From NCBI GenBank assembly GCA_947501605.1, contig CANMWZ010000006.1, positions 32,001 to 96,000 of the forward strand: a stretch of DNA of 64,000 nucleotides. The letters run 5' to 3'. This DNA comes from Planctomycetota bacterium (lineage in GTDB: Bacteria > Planctomycetota > UBA1135 > UBA2386). Both the position numbers and the translations under genes were made by a program. Below are positions 8,684 to 17,988 of the stretch, piece by piece; position 1 is the first letter of the stretch; every line of letters starts with the position of its first letter. The notes beneath the pieces are model-generated. The model worked only from the letters and a program-made list of their open reading frames with translations. It was not told the DNA's origin and made no database searches.

Positions 8684-10252
8684 TCAGCGCGCGCGGGCCG
8701 AAGCGGCCCCGCCGTCATCGTCGAGCACCGGCCCGAGGATCTCGCCGAGCACTTCGCGGATCTGCATTCGGATCTGCGCCGGTTGCGTCGCGCCGCCGTC
8801 GAGGTCCGCCCCCGTCGAAGCACTGCCGCCACCAACGCCCGTTACGTTGGTGAACTGCACCGCAAGGGTCTCCATCTCGCTGACCAATCCACGCGCCTTG
8901 CGCGAGAGGAACGAATGCAAGAGCAACGACGGGATCGCAACGATCAACCCGTACTCCGTCGTGATGAGCGCTTCGGAGATACCGCCGGACAGCGACGCGA
9001 CGTCGCCACTGCCGTAGATCGTGATCTGCTTGAACGTCTCGATGATGCCGGTGACCGTTCCGAGCAGACCGAGCAACGGCGCCGATGAGGCCGAGATGGC
9101 CAAGAATGGCAGCATGCTCTGGATGCGCAGCTTGGCCGTGAGGATGCGTTCGAACATGACCTCTTCGAGCAACTCACGCGACTCCTGCAGGCTGCCAACG
9201 CCGGCCCCGAGCATCTCGCCGATCGGCCCCTTCAGCTCGCTGGTCAGTGACTTCGCGCGGTCATAGTCTTTCTCGCGCAAGGACTCGAACAGTGACTTCA
9301 GCTGCCGCCGAGTAGGCCGACGGATCAGACTGAGCGAGAGCCACTTCCACAAAGTGACGAGCAGCGCCGCAATCGCGAGCGCCAGGATGGGCCACATGAC
9401 CGCCCCGCCCTTCAGGAAGTGCTCCACCAAAGTCTCCTCGGTGGCAGCGACCTTGTGGGCCGATCCGAGCGTCGGATCGACAGGTAGTGCGCCCTTGCCG
9501 CTGGCGACAAAGGCCGCAGCTTCGGCGGCTTGCTCCGGCTGCGAGAACGAGGTCACCGAAGGCTCGAGCGACCCGAGCTTCGCATCGACGGTTCCCACCG
9601 CGACTCCGTCCTTGCCGCGGAACACCGCGATGGGCCCCACGAGCGCGAAGGTCCCGTTTGTGAGCACACCATCGGCGCCGACTGCACGACCATCGAAGCG
9701 ATTGCCGCCGAGGCAATCCTGCAACCGCTGGATCGAGCGCGTGACCACGTTCGCCTGCACGACAAACAGGTCCTTCGGCATCATCGTCCGGTCATCAGCA
9801 GCGAGCTTGGCCGCTGCGATGACGTCGTCGTAGAGCTGGACTTCGGCGATGTGCAGCGACGACTCGAAGTTGCGAACGAACTCGCCAAACACGTTGCCGA
9901 GGTAGTTCTGTTCGTCCTGTTTGCGCTTCTGCTCGGCCGTCAGATTGCCGAGGGCCTGCGAACCAGCATCGAGCTGACGGGTCCGGTCAGCGGCCGACTG
10001 CCGCAGTTGCGAGAGCTCTGCTTCGAGTTCCCGAAGCGTCCGTCCGAGCGGAACTTTCTCTTCGGCAACCTGCTGCATGACCCGGTCGAGCTCGACCAGA
10101 CTCTCGGCCAGCTGCTTTTGCAGGTCCTGACTGGAGCGCTCGAGCACAGCCTGCAGGTCCTGCTGCTTGGCAACCGACTGTGGCTGCTGGGCCACGACGG
10201 TCGAGGACAGCGCGAGCAACACCGCGGTCGCGATCAATGAGAAGTTGGTCAT
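8684..10252 (-). CDS. Long ExbB-family protein with periplasmic coiled-coil N-domain (TtpC-like)
   Basis: Signal peptide MTNFSLIATAVLLALSSTVVA-Q, coiled coil, PVDPT motif, then ExbB domain (APLLGLLGTVTGII; GGISEALITTEYGL). Confidence 0.9.
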   Translation of the reverse strand: MTNFSLIATAVLLALSSTVVAQQPQSVAKQQDLQAVLERSSQDLQKQLAESLVELDRVMQQVAEEKVPLGRTLRELEAELSQLRQSAADRTRQLDAGSQALGNLTAEQKRKQDEQNYLGNVFGEFVRNFESSLHIAEVQLYDDVIAAAKLAADDRTMMPKDLFVVQANVVTRSIQRLQDCLGGNRFDGRAVGADGVLTNGTFALVGPIAVFRGKDGVAVGTVDAKLGSLEPSVTSFSQPEQAAEAAAFVASGKGALPVDPTLGSAHKVAATEETLVEHFLKGGAVMWPILALAIAALLVTLWKWLSLSLIRRPTRRQLKSLFESLREKDYDRAKSLTSELKGPIGEMLGAGVGSLQESRELLEEVMFERILTAKLRIQSMLPFLAISASSAPLLGLLGTVTGIIETFKQITIYGSGDVASLSGGISEALITTEYGLIVAIPSLLLHSFLSRKARGLVSEMETLAVQFTNVTGVGGGSASTGADLDGGATQPAQIRMQIREVLGEILGPVLDDDGGAASARAR

Positions 10253-10269
10253 GGTCGTTCCTGATCGCC

Positions 10270-11118
10270 TCACAGAATCTCGATGGGCAGCGCAACGAAG
10301 CTCGCCATCTGCTTGCTCTGATAGACCTTGATCGCGGCCTGCACTGCGACAGCCGCGTCGTTGCGCGGAGTCCACTTCCAACCCTCTGGCGTAGCGACAC
10401 CGACTCCGGCCGCATCGCCCTTGATCGTCACGTAGAAGGCCTGGCCGAGCCCAAGATAGAGGCATGCAACCTCGGCAGTCGAACCGTCGGGGAGCGAGCG
10501 GATCTCACTGGTCACCGTGACCTCTCGATTCCACTTGTTCACGAGGTTCAAGACGCTCAGCACATTGCCGAAGCGGACGCCGAGCGAGAGCTTCTTCTTG
10601 TTCGAGTCGTCACTCTGTGCGGTCGCAAACTGCTGAGTCAGAGGCGCAATCTTCTCACGGATGGGTTCAGGCAATCGAAGCAGCAGCGCCCGCGTCTGCT
10701 CCTCCATCGCAATGATGGCGACGTCCAGCGCCTGCTGCACGACATCGAGCTTCGAGCTCTCTTCGATCAGCGCAGCCTTCTGCCGGTCCGCCGCAGCGAT
10801 GCTCGCCTCGGTTTCGACGATGCGCTGCTTTTGCGCGTCGATCGAACGGCGAACGACATCGATACGCTCCAGCACGGCCTCCTTCTCGACTCGCCAATCG
10901 GTGCGTGCCTTGCTGATCTGCCGGCGCGCCTCGACCCATTTCTCCAACATCGCCCGCGTAGTCTCAGCGCCGGCCGTCACCGGCGCCGGCGCGGTGCCTG
11001 CTGCCGGATCTTGTTGCTGCGCGGATGCGTAACTCGTCGTCGCAACGCTCGCGAACATGGCCACTGCGAGCGCGCGAGAAAGCGCGAACGTGCGGGGTCG
11101 CTTCGTCTCTGGTTTCAT
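10270..11118 (-). CDS. DUF3450-family periplasmic protein (TtpB-like)
   Basis: Signal peptide, long coiled coil, LYLGLGQAFYV...GWKW...FVALP C-terminus; sits between the receptor and the TtpC-like gene. Confidence 0.8.
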   Translation of the reverse strand: MKPETKRPRTFALSRALAVAMFASVATTSYASAQQQDPAAGTAPAPVTAGAETTRAMLEKWVEARRQISKARTDWRVEKEAVLERIDVVRRSIDAQKQRIVETEASIAAADRQKAALIEESSKLDVVQQALDVAIIAMEEQTRALLLRLPEPIREKIAPLTQQFATAQSDDSNKKKLSLGVRFGNVLSVLNLVNKWNREVTVTSEIRSLPDGSTAEVACLYLGLGQAFYVTIKGDAAGVGVATPEGWKWTPRNDAAVAVQAAIKVYQSKQMASFVALPIEIL

Positions 11119-11162
11119 GTCGTTCGGTAGGTTGTTGGTCGTGGAGTCGAGGCGAGGCCCGG

Positions 11163-14105
11163 TCAGAAGGTCACGCGGCCGCCGATGCCAATCGAGTAGT
11201 CGACGCCGCGCGTGTAGGTGATCTTGGTGACATCGTCGCCGATGTAGGGCGAGCGGTAGACCTGCTCGATGGCCGGATTGGTCAGGTTCTTGGCCTGGAA
11301 CTGGAGGTCGATGTGGTCCGACAGGCGCTGCGACAGGCTGAAATTCAAAGAGTCGAAAGCAACCTGGTAGACGTTGGGCACGTAGCGGTCGTTCGCTTGG
11401 CCAGCGCCCGAGATGAGGGTGTCCCCAGTGAGCGTGTAAAACAGGCCAATGCGCGTGCCGAGCCGGTCACTCTCCCAGGTGAGAAATGTGTTGAAGAGCG
11501 ACTCGGGCGCATTCGTCATGTCGCGATGCGTCATTGGCGCACGGATCGCCGGCAGATTGAAACCGTCGATCTCCTCCTGGGTCAGCGTCACGTCGGACTG
11601 GATCCACGTCGCGTTGGCGCCGACTCCGAAGCCGTCGAGTTCCTTGGCAAACTGCGCGAGTTGCTGACGCACCTCCAACTCAATGCCGTCGATCTTGCCC
11701 TCTGGGTAATTGACGGCCGACGTGTAGTCAAAAACAGAGGCGATGCGTTGCACGTACTCGATCGGGTTCTCGATGTCCTTGTGGAACCACGATGCAGAAA
11801 GGAGACCGCCCTCGTTCGGCGTCCAGTCAGCGCGCAAGTCGTAGTTCTTGAGCGCGCTCATCCCCAGCTCCGGGTTGCCGACGAACACTGGGCCGCCGAG
11901 ATACTCCTGTTGGAGGATCGGGGTCAGCTCCTTGAACGTCTGCCGCGCAATCGTCTCGCTGTAGGCCGCGCGCAGAGTCACGTCAGGCACAACCTCATAG
12001 ATCACCGCGAGCGCTGGCAGGGCATCTTCCTGACGAAAGGCGACGTCCGCCTCTCCCGGCCCGAGCGGCGCCGGCGCCGATGAGCCGGGCGGAAACCACA
12101 CGACATCCGATTCGGCGTCGTTGACGATGTCGATGCTCGTGTTCTCGAAGCGAACGCCCGCAACGACATTGAGTCCTGCGACGATCGGCAGATCCACCAT
12201 CGAGTACCAGGCATCGATCTTCTGGTCGCCGACGTAATCGACGTCGATGAGGCCGGCGGTGATCGGATGGTTCTCGAAAGGGAAGCTGGCGCTCCAAAAC
12301 TGCTCCCACGGGGCGTTGAAGGTCGAGTTGTCGCTGAAGTTGCTGAACGTGTCCTGGTCGTAGGTTCGCTTGACCGTGTCCTGGAAGTAGCCGAACTTCA
12401 GATACCCCTCGAGATCCGACCACTGGTCGAAGGGGAGCTTGAGGTTCGTCGCGTACTGGTTGCTGTCTTCTTCGATCTCTTTGTAGATGCGCTGCAGATT
12501 GCCAACGGTGAAGTTCGCCGCCGGCTTGAACGGCTGGAAGGTACCACCATTGGTCGAGTCCCAGCGCGAGCCGAACACGCGCTTGTCGGGTTGCCGCTTG
12601 TCGGCCGCACTCTTGGACACGGTCCAGTCGAGCACCGGCGACTTGAGCGCGCCGCCAGGTTCGATGGGCAGCGTGTGGCGCCCGTTCAACTGCAGCGTGT
12701 CGGTGGATCGCTCTGAGTACTGCAGCGTCTCGAGTCGCAGGTAGGGGGCCGCGTTGCTCTCGGCGTGCCCAGGCGTCGACGTGTTGTTGGGGTCGTAGCC
12801 CGGAAAGTAGTAGGCCTTACCACGCGTGTCCTCGGCCAAGGTCGCCGAGTCCTCCGACGTCAGCGTGTTGAGCCAAGCAAAGGTGACCGAGTGGTTGTCG
12901 GTCTCGAGGCCAACCGTCGCCAACGATCCGAGCTGGACCTGCTGCGTGCTGCGGGTGATGTCGTAAAGGCGAGTTTGAAAGTCCTGGCTCTGGACACCAC
13001 TGCCGGTGACCTGTGGGGTCATCGGGTCCCCGGGAACGTCGACCCACCACGACTCGTCGCGGCCGTTGTTGTAGTGCGTGGTCTTGTGTTCGTAGAACAC
13101 GCTGAGGAATCCGCCGAGACGGACGCCGTCGGCGATCTCCGTCTTGCCGCCAACCGCACTCGAGAACTTGTAGTCGACTGGCGCCGCCTCGCGACGCACG
13201 CCGACAGCGCCGTCCCAGTTCTGCCCGAGAAGATCGATCTGCGGATCGCGATCGCCGCCGTCCCTACCCGAGAAGTGGACGCCACCACCTTCATAGCTGA
13301 GGAAGTTGCTCCGACCCGTGGCTTGCGTGTTGTGGCTCGATTGGATGCGCCACTGAAAGAACAGGGGCTCGGTCGGCACGCCCTTCAAGCGCACGTCGAC
13401 GGCGCCACCCGACGCATCGCCCTGCTGGTCCGGCGTGAACGTCTTCGTAACCTGGACACTCTCGATGACGGCGGCAGGGAACTGGTCGAGTTCGACTGCG
13501 CGCTTGTCCTCATCGGCCGACGGCAGGCGAACGCCGTTGAGCTGGGAGCTGACGTAGCGATCCGGGAGACCGCGAATCACCGCCGACTTGCCGTTCTGCA
13601 GCGACGCTCCAGCGACCAGACGAAGCGCGTCCGAAGCGTTGCTGGCGCCGGCGCGACCAATGATGTCGGCGCTGATCGAGTCCATCAGCGACGGGCTCTC
13701 GAACCGCAACTGCAGTTGGGACGCTTCGGACTCGCCGCCAAGCGCGAGGATGTCCTGGACGACGTATTCTTCGAGGTCGGTGAAGTCCCCCGCCAGTGCG
13801 ACATCGATCTCGACCAAGGCGCCGGGGGCAACCACCACGTTCGGGCGCACCTGACGGACGTAGCCGTCCTTGGACACGATCAGGGTGTAGGTGCCTGGCG
13901 GCAGCTCACGCAGCAGGTAGTTACCTTGATCCGCGGTCTTTGCCGTCTCTGGCCGACCGATGATGGTCACGGTTGCCTCGATAACCGGACCACCGAAATC
14001 CTTGTCGGTGATGACGCCGCGGATGGAGCCAGCCTGCTGCGCGTGAAGAGCGCTGCTGAGCGGCCCTAGGGCTCCGAGCCACAGAAGTAGAGTCCGGTTC
14101 TTCAC
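11163..14105 (-). CDS. TonB-dependent outer-membrane receptor with N-terminal carboxypeptidase-regulatory-like domain
   Basis: Signal peptide; GSIRGVITD...GTYTLIVSKDGY; plug IRGLPDRYVSSQLNGVRLPS...ELDQFP; barrel motifs GNPEL, GIELE, NLTN; C-terminal Phe (GRVTF). Confidence 0.95.
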   Translation of the reverse strand: MKNRTLLLWLGALGPLSSALHAQQAGSIRGVITDKDFGGPVIEATVTIIGRPETAKTADQGNYLLRELPPGTYTLIVSKDGYVRQVRPNVVVAPGALVEIDVALAGDFTDLEEYVVQDILALGGESEASQLQLRFESPSLMDSISADIIGRAGASNASDALRLVAGASLQNGKSAVIRGLPDRYVSSQLNGVRLPSADEDKRAVELDQFPAAVIESVQVTKTFTPDQQGDASGGAVDVRLKGVPTEPLFFQWRIQSSHNTQATGRSNFLSYEGGGVHFSGRDGGDRDPQIDLLGQNWDGAVGVRREAAPVDYKFSSAVGGKTEIADGVRLGGFLSVFYEHKTTHYNNGRDESWWVDVPGDPMTPQVTGSGVQSQDFQTRLYDITRSTQQVQLGSLATVGLETDNHSVTFAWLNTLTSEDSATLAEDTRGKAYYFPGYDPNNTSTPGHAESNAAPYLRLETLQYSERSTDTLQLNGRHTLPIEPGGALKSPVLDWTVSKSAADKRQPDKRVFGSRWDSTNGGTFQPFKPAANFTVGNLQRIYKEIEEDSNQYATNLKLPFDQWSDLEGYLKFGYFQDTVKRTYDQDTFSNFSDNSTFNAPWEQFWSASFPFENHPITAGLIDVDYVGDQKIDAWYSMVDLPIVAGLNVVAGVRFENTSIDIVNDAESDVVWFPPGSSAPAPLGPGEADVAFRQEDALPALAVIYEVVPDVTLRAAYSETIARQTFKELTPILQQEYLGGPVFVGNPELGMSALKNYDLRADWTPNEGGLLSASWFHKDIENPIEYVQRIASVFDYTSAVNYPEGKIDGIELEVRQQLAQFAKELDGFGVGANATWIQSDVTLTQEEIDGFNLPAIRAPMTHRDMTNAPESLFNTFLTWESDRLGTRIGLFYTLTGDTLISGAGQANDRYVPNVYQVAFDSLNFSLSQRLSDHIDLQFQAKNLTNPAIEQVYRSPYIGDDVTKITYTRGVDYSIGIGGRVTF

Positions 14106-14117
14106 GGGAGGGCGACA

Positions 14118-14171
14118 ACTCTAGGATGTTCCGCAAAGGCACCGTGAAGACGCCGTGGTTCTCACGTGAAC
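14118..14171 (-). promoter_or_regulatory. Candidate regulated promoter: three 11-bp-spaced hexamers (GTTCAC, AACCAC, CTTCAC), N20, then TAGAGT -10-like element
   Basis: Minus-strand hexamers at 14166-14171, 14155-14160 and 14144-14149; TAGAGT at 14118-14123. The same CTTCAC-N20-TAGRGT geometry recurs at 17914-17945. Confidence 0.5.
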
Positions 14172-14281
14172 GCCAGACTAGGCTTCCAACAATCGCGCGC
14201 GAAGTGCTTCTTGCAGAACGGTGTCGGGGCGGAAGAACGGCAGGGAGGGAAGGCCGAGTCACCCTGGGCACTGGGCAGCAC

Positions 14282-15523
14282 TCACCAAGGATCGCCGAGG
14301 CCCTTCACGATGGCCTCGATCTTGCCCAGCAACTCTGACCCAGGCTCAAGGCCATGCTTGGCCAGCGACAGACACGTGGCCGAAACATCGTCGGCGCGCG
14401 GCCGCGAGTTCGGGTTGTCGAGTCCGGCTTCGACAGCCCCGCGATAGAGCTCCAGGGCACGATCGCGGTTGCCCATCGCCGCGGCAGCCTCGGCAATCGC
14501 ACGCATTGCCGAAGCGCGATAGATGTCGAGGATTGAAGCGTGGCGTTGGCCGTAGAGCGACTCGGCATGCTCGAGCAGCGATCTGCCGCGTGCGGAATCG
14601 CCGGCGCGATGCACAACGGCCGCCGCCTGGGCATGCACGAACACCTCATCCTCCGGGTGCCACTTCACGCCCGCAATCAGCACGTCGATCTGGCGCACGA
14701 GCTCGAGTGCGCGCATGCCGTCCCCGCCGTCCGCCGCGTAACCCGCAATCTCGATCAGGAGCTTCAGTCGCGCGTCGCGCGGCAACTTCGTGTAACCGCT
14801 GGTGACTCGTTTCTCGAGTTGGTCGCGCTTCTCGGCATCCGGAAAGAACCGCTTGTACAGCTTGCAGCAGGTCTGCAGCGTCACCAGGATCTCGTCGAAG
14901 TTGTCGCCCGCGAACAGCTTGTCGGCCTGCTCGAGCCACGCGGAGAACGCCGCCTCCGGCATCGCCAAGGCTGCGTCCATCTGGATGCCGGCGCCATCAC
15001 TCGATTGGATGGACTTGCTGAACTTGGCGAACTTCTCAGCGTCGCCGAGGAGGAAGTGAGTGCGGGCGATCATCGCGAACACGCGATCTGCGCGCCACGC
15101 CTGCTCGGTTGGGTCCGCCGCCGCTGCCTTTGCGACGCTTTCGGCAATCGCAAGATGCTGACCCACCTCGTCCATGCGACCAGCCTGTGCGCAATGATGC
15201 GCAAACTGCGCGTGCGCAAGACCACGACGCCAATCCGGAATCGTGTCGCCGATCTGCAGCGCGAGGTCGGGCATCGCGAGTTCGAAGCAGGCCTCCACTA
15301 CCGCCATTTGACCGCGGCCTCGATTCTTGATGTGTGGCACCAACGGCATCCGCAGGAATGCTTGGTTTGCCAGCTCGAGAAGGTGCTTCTGAGACGCGCT
15401 TGCCTTGCCGGTCGGCGCCGCTGTTTTGGCGGCAGGTGCTGTCGCCGCCGAGCTCTCCTGAGCCAGGACTGAGGCAGTGCCGAAAGCAGCGAAGAAGACG
15501 GACGCACACAGTGCTACGCGCAT
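14282..15523 (-). CDS. Secreted alpha-helical (TPR-like) hypothetical protein
   Basis: AGGAG Shine-Dalgarno before ATG 15523; signal peptide MRVALCASVFFAAFGTASVLA-Q; Ala-rich helical repeats. Confidence 0.8.
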   Translation of the reverse strand: MRVALCASVFFAAFGTASVLAQESSAATAPAAKTAAPTGKASASQKHLLELANQAFLRMPLVPHIKNRGRGQMAVVEACFELAMPDLALQIGDTIPDWRRGLAHAQFAHHCAQAGRMDEVGQHLAIAESVAKAAAADPTEQAWRADRVFAMIARTHFLLGDAEKFAKFSKSIQSSDGAGIQMDAALAMPEAAFSAWLEQADKLFAGDNFDEILVTLQTCCKLYKRFFPDAEKRDQLEKRVTSGYTKLPRDARLKLLIEIAGYAADGGDGMRALELVRQIDVLIAGVKWHPEDEVFVHAQAAAVVHRAGDSARGRSLLEHAESLYGQRHASILDIYRASAMRAIAEAAAAMGNRDRALELYRGAVEAGLDNPNSRPRADDVSATCLSLAKHGLEPGSELLGKIEAIVKGLGDPW

Positions 15524-15808
15524 GAGACTCCTACGATTCGGATCGAGTGGGAAACGCGACAACCCGGGGATTCCTAGAAGCTGTTTCACGATTGGCGTGC
15601 GAGCGAGGCCGAGCAACGAAGGCAGAGGGCAAGGAGCGGACTCGTAGCGGAATCCGTAGCTCCCGCGGAGAGTCTGCGACGCTGCCATCGGCCGAGGTGC
15701 CGACCGCAGCCGCTAGCGCTTGGTGAAACCACTTCTACGGTGCTCGGCTCGCAACCGCGGAGCTACGCGCTCGGAGCCGCAGGCGATAGTGGCGGACATC
15801 ACCGCAAA

Positions 15809-15848
15809 CGATCAAGGGCGATCGCCTCGCAGCGACCGCCCCTGATCG
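15809..15848 (-). terminator. Strong hairpin downstream of the ElpS-like gene (terminator or RNA-stabilising stem)
   Basis: Minus strand CGATCAGGGGCGGTCGCT-GCGA-GGCGATCGCCCTTGATCG: 18-bp stem with G-U pairs and a GNRA loop, followed by only a short TTT. Confidence 0.6.
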
Positions 15849-15871
15849 GATCGTTCCTGAGATGGCTCAGG

Positions 15872-17836
15872 TCAGTCGATCGAGACCGACAGAGCGTTCG
15901 ACAGCGTCATGTTGCCAAACAGCGTCGGCGCACCAGCCGGATCGAAGGTCGCGGCCTGGAAGTAGAACGCGTAGCCCTGCGGGAAGCCCGTCGGGATGCT
16001 CAGCGGCAAGGAGGCATTACCGCTACCGTCCGTGAAGACGGCGAAGGTGATGAGGTTGTTGATGAAGTCCGGGATCAGCGTGCCGCCAGCAAACGGCGTA
16101 TCAAGGCGACCGCCACCGAAGATCGTGCCACCATTGACCGCGATGATCGACAGCGAGAAGGCCGGGGCCTTCAGCAGCGAGACGTTCCACGTGAGCGGAG
16201 CAAACGCGAGGTGCGTGCCGGTCGCCGACAGCACCGGAGCGCCGTTGGTGCCGACGTTGCTGCCAAAGCCGAGGTCGTGCCAGCCGTTCGTCGGCGTGTA
16301 GCCGTAGGCTTCCGATGCCGTCCAGCCGGCGAGCCAGCTGGCCGCGCCCGGGGCGAAGGCGCCGCGGTACTGGGACGACGTGAAGAAGCCGTCACCCGTG
16401 CTGAAGGCGACGCTCGAGAGCGCGTCATTGGCTGGCGCGGGATTGAGGCCGATGACCGGGGTCATCGTCTGCCCACCGCGGACGACCGACGGGCCACGCG
16501 TGATGCTCGTGATTGGCGAAGCAACCGCGATCACGTTGTTGTTGGCCACGGCGAAGACACCGCGAGCGTTTGCTTCGGTGTAGGCCGCTGCCAAGTTGTT
16601 GTTGAAGAAGACGCTGTCACTGATCTGGCACAGGTTGCCCGACGACTGCGCGGTGTAGAACAGGGCGGGGTTCAACGGTGCGTTGACCAAGGAGGTCGCC
16701 GAGAACGGCGTCGTCCAGGTCGCGGCCCACGACAGCGTGCCGTTGAAGCCGTAACCAGCACCACCGTCACCGTCGACGTTGTCGAACGACACGACGCGCT
16801 CACCAGCGTCCATGAAAATGCTGTTGCGGAACTGCGCGCGTGCATTGTCGCGCCAGGCCGTCAGGTGGTCGCCCGACGCCGCACCGTTCGGCTGGCCGAT
16901 GACCGTCATGTTGTAGAGCGTCGTGGTCGTTACCGGCTGGTAGTCACTCTGCTCAGCGCCATCCATCTCGAAGGCATTGTCGCCGACACCCGAGCCCTGG
17001 GCCGCGTTGACGCTGTAACCCTGGACGACCAAGCCATACTGCGCCTTGCCGCGCCAGCCCTGGTCGACGTCGAAGCTGTCGTCACCGATGTTCCAGATGC
17101 TGAAGTGGCGCAGATTGACCGTGCCACCCCAGATCTCGATGCCGTCGTCGACGTTGTTCATGATCTCGAGGTAATCGATGTCCGTGCCGCGGCCGATGCC
17201 GCCCAGAGACAACCCGTTCAACTCGTTGGCGGCACCGATCACCTTGCCGCCGTAGCGGATCGAGAGGTACTTGATCGAACCGCTGTCGTCATCGTCGTTC
17301 GAAGGCAGCAGAACACTGCCACCGTAGTCCGCAAGGCCGCTGCCGCTCGGTGGAGCGAGACCCTCCATCACCGCAAAGTTCGTCGAACCTGGAGCCGGCG
17401 TGTTGGTCAGAATCGCGTTCTCCGACACGTAGCCACGACCCATGACCGTCAGGTTGCCCCATTCGTTGGCCGCTTCGCGCCACGTGCCAGTCTTTGGGTT
17501 GCCACCAACCCAGGTCGCGCGATCGGCGGCCGAGGTCAGGATCACTGGATTGAACTGGTTGCCGTTGACGAAGATTTGCGCGCCACGGCACACCGCGAGG
17601 CTGCCGCCCGATGGTGGCGTGCTCAGGGGGACAGTCGAAGACGCGATGACCGTGCCCGGCTCGATCGTCAAGGTCGCGCCTGGCAGCACGTAGATCTGGG
17701 CCTGCAGGTCATAAACGTTGTTGGCGGTCCAGGTGGTCGAGACCGCGATGTTGGCAGTGACAGGAATCTGCGCCTGGGCGACTGCCGCCAGCGCAACAAC
17801 CGCGCAAGCGGCCTTGATGGTAGAGTTCATGAGCAT
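15872..17836 (-). CDS. Secreted beta-helix-type surface protein resembling Caulobacter ElpS and other receptor-associated surface proteins, with an extra C-terminal domain
   Basis: Signal peptide (...VVALAAVAQA-Q); GATLTIEPGT, WGNL, DDDSGSIKYLSIRYGG, NELNGLSLGGIGRGT, DDGIEIWGGTV, GDDSFDVDQGWRG, YRGAF...WLAGWT. Family assignment is from memory of these motifs. Start 17836 or 17830. Confidence 0.8.
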   Translation of the reverse strand: MLMNSTIKAACAVVALAAVAQAQIPVTANIAVSTTWTANNVYDLQAQIYVLPGATLTIEPGTVIASSTVPLSTPPSGGSLAVCRGAQIFVNGNQFNPVILTSAADRATWVGGNPKTGTWREAANEWGNLTVMGRGYVSENAILTNTPAPGSTNFAVMEGLAPPSGSGLADYGGSVLLPSNDDDDSGSIKYLSIRYGGKVIGAANELNGLSLGGIGRGTDIDYLEIMNNVDDGIEIWGGTVNLRHFSIWNIGDDSFDVDQGWRGKAQYGLVVQGYSVNAAQGSGVGDNAFEMDGAEQSDYQPVTTTTLYNMTVIGQPNGAASGDHLTAWRDNARAQFRNSIFMDAGERVVSFDNVDGDGGAGYGFNGTLSWAATWTTPFSATSLVNAPLNPALFYTAQSSGNLCQISDSVFFNNNLAAAYTEANARGVFAVANNNVIAVASPITSITRGPSVVRGGQTMTPVIGLNPAPANDALSSVAFSTGDGFFTSSQYRGAFAPGAASWLAGWTASEAYGYTPTNGWHDLGFGSNVGTNGAPVLSATGTHLAFAPLTWNVSLLKAPAFSLSIIAVNGGTIFGGGRLDTPFAGGTLIPDFINNLITFAVFTDGSGNASLPLSIPTGFPQGYAFYFQAATFDPAGAPTLFGNMTLSNALSVSID

Positions 17837-17841
17837 TGGGC

Positions 17842-17875
17842 TTCGGAGTTTGAGTTGCTTTCGGAGTTTGAGTTG
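17842..17875. repeat. 18-bp-period tandem duplication in the 5' leader
   Basis: TTCGGAGTTTGAGTTG at 17842-17857 and 17860-17875. Confidence 0.9.
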
Positions 17876-17913
17876 GTTGGCGGACGGTGCGAGGCTGTCC
17901 TCGCACCATGGAC

Positions 17914-17945
17914 ACCCTAGGGATCTGTGTTTGTTTGCAGTGAAG
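17914..17945 (-). promoter_or_regulatory. Candidate promoter CTTCAC-N20-TAGGGT for the ElpS-like gene
   Basis: Same hexamers and spacing as upstream of the receptor; followed by a 9-bp hairpin at 17886-17907. Confidence 0.45.
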
Positions 17946-17988
17946 GCTGCAAGGAGCCTTCGCGAGTGTCCGTACGCTCGGACGAAGC

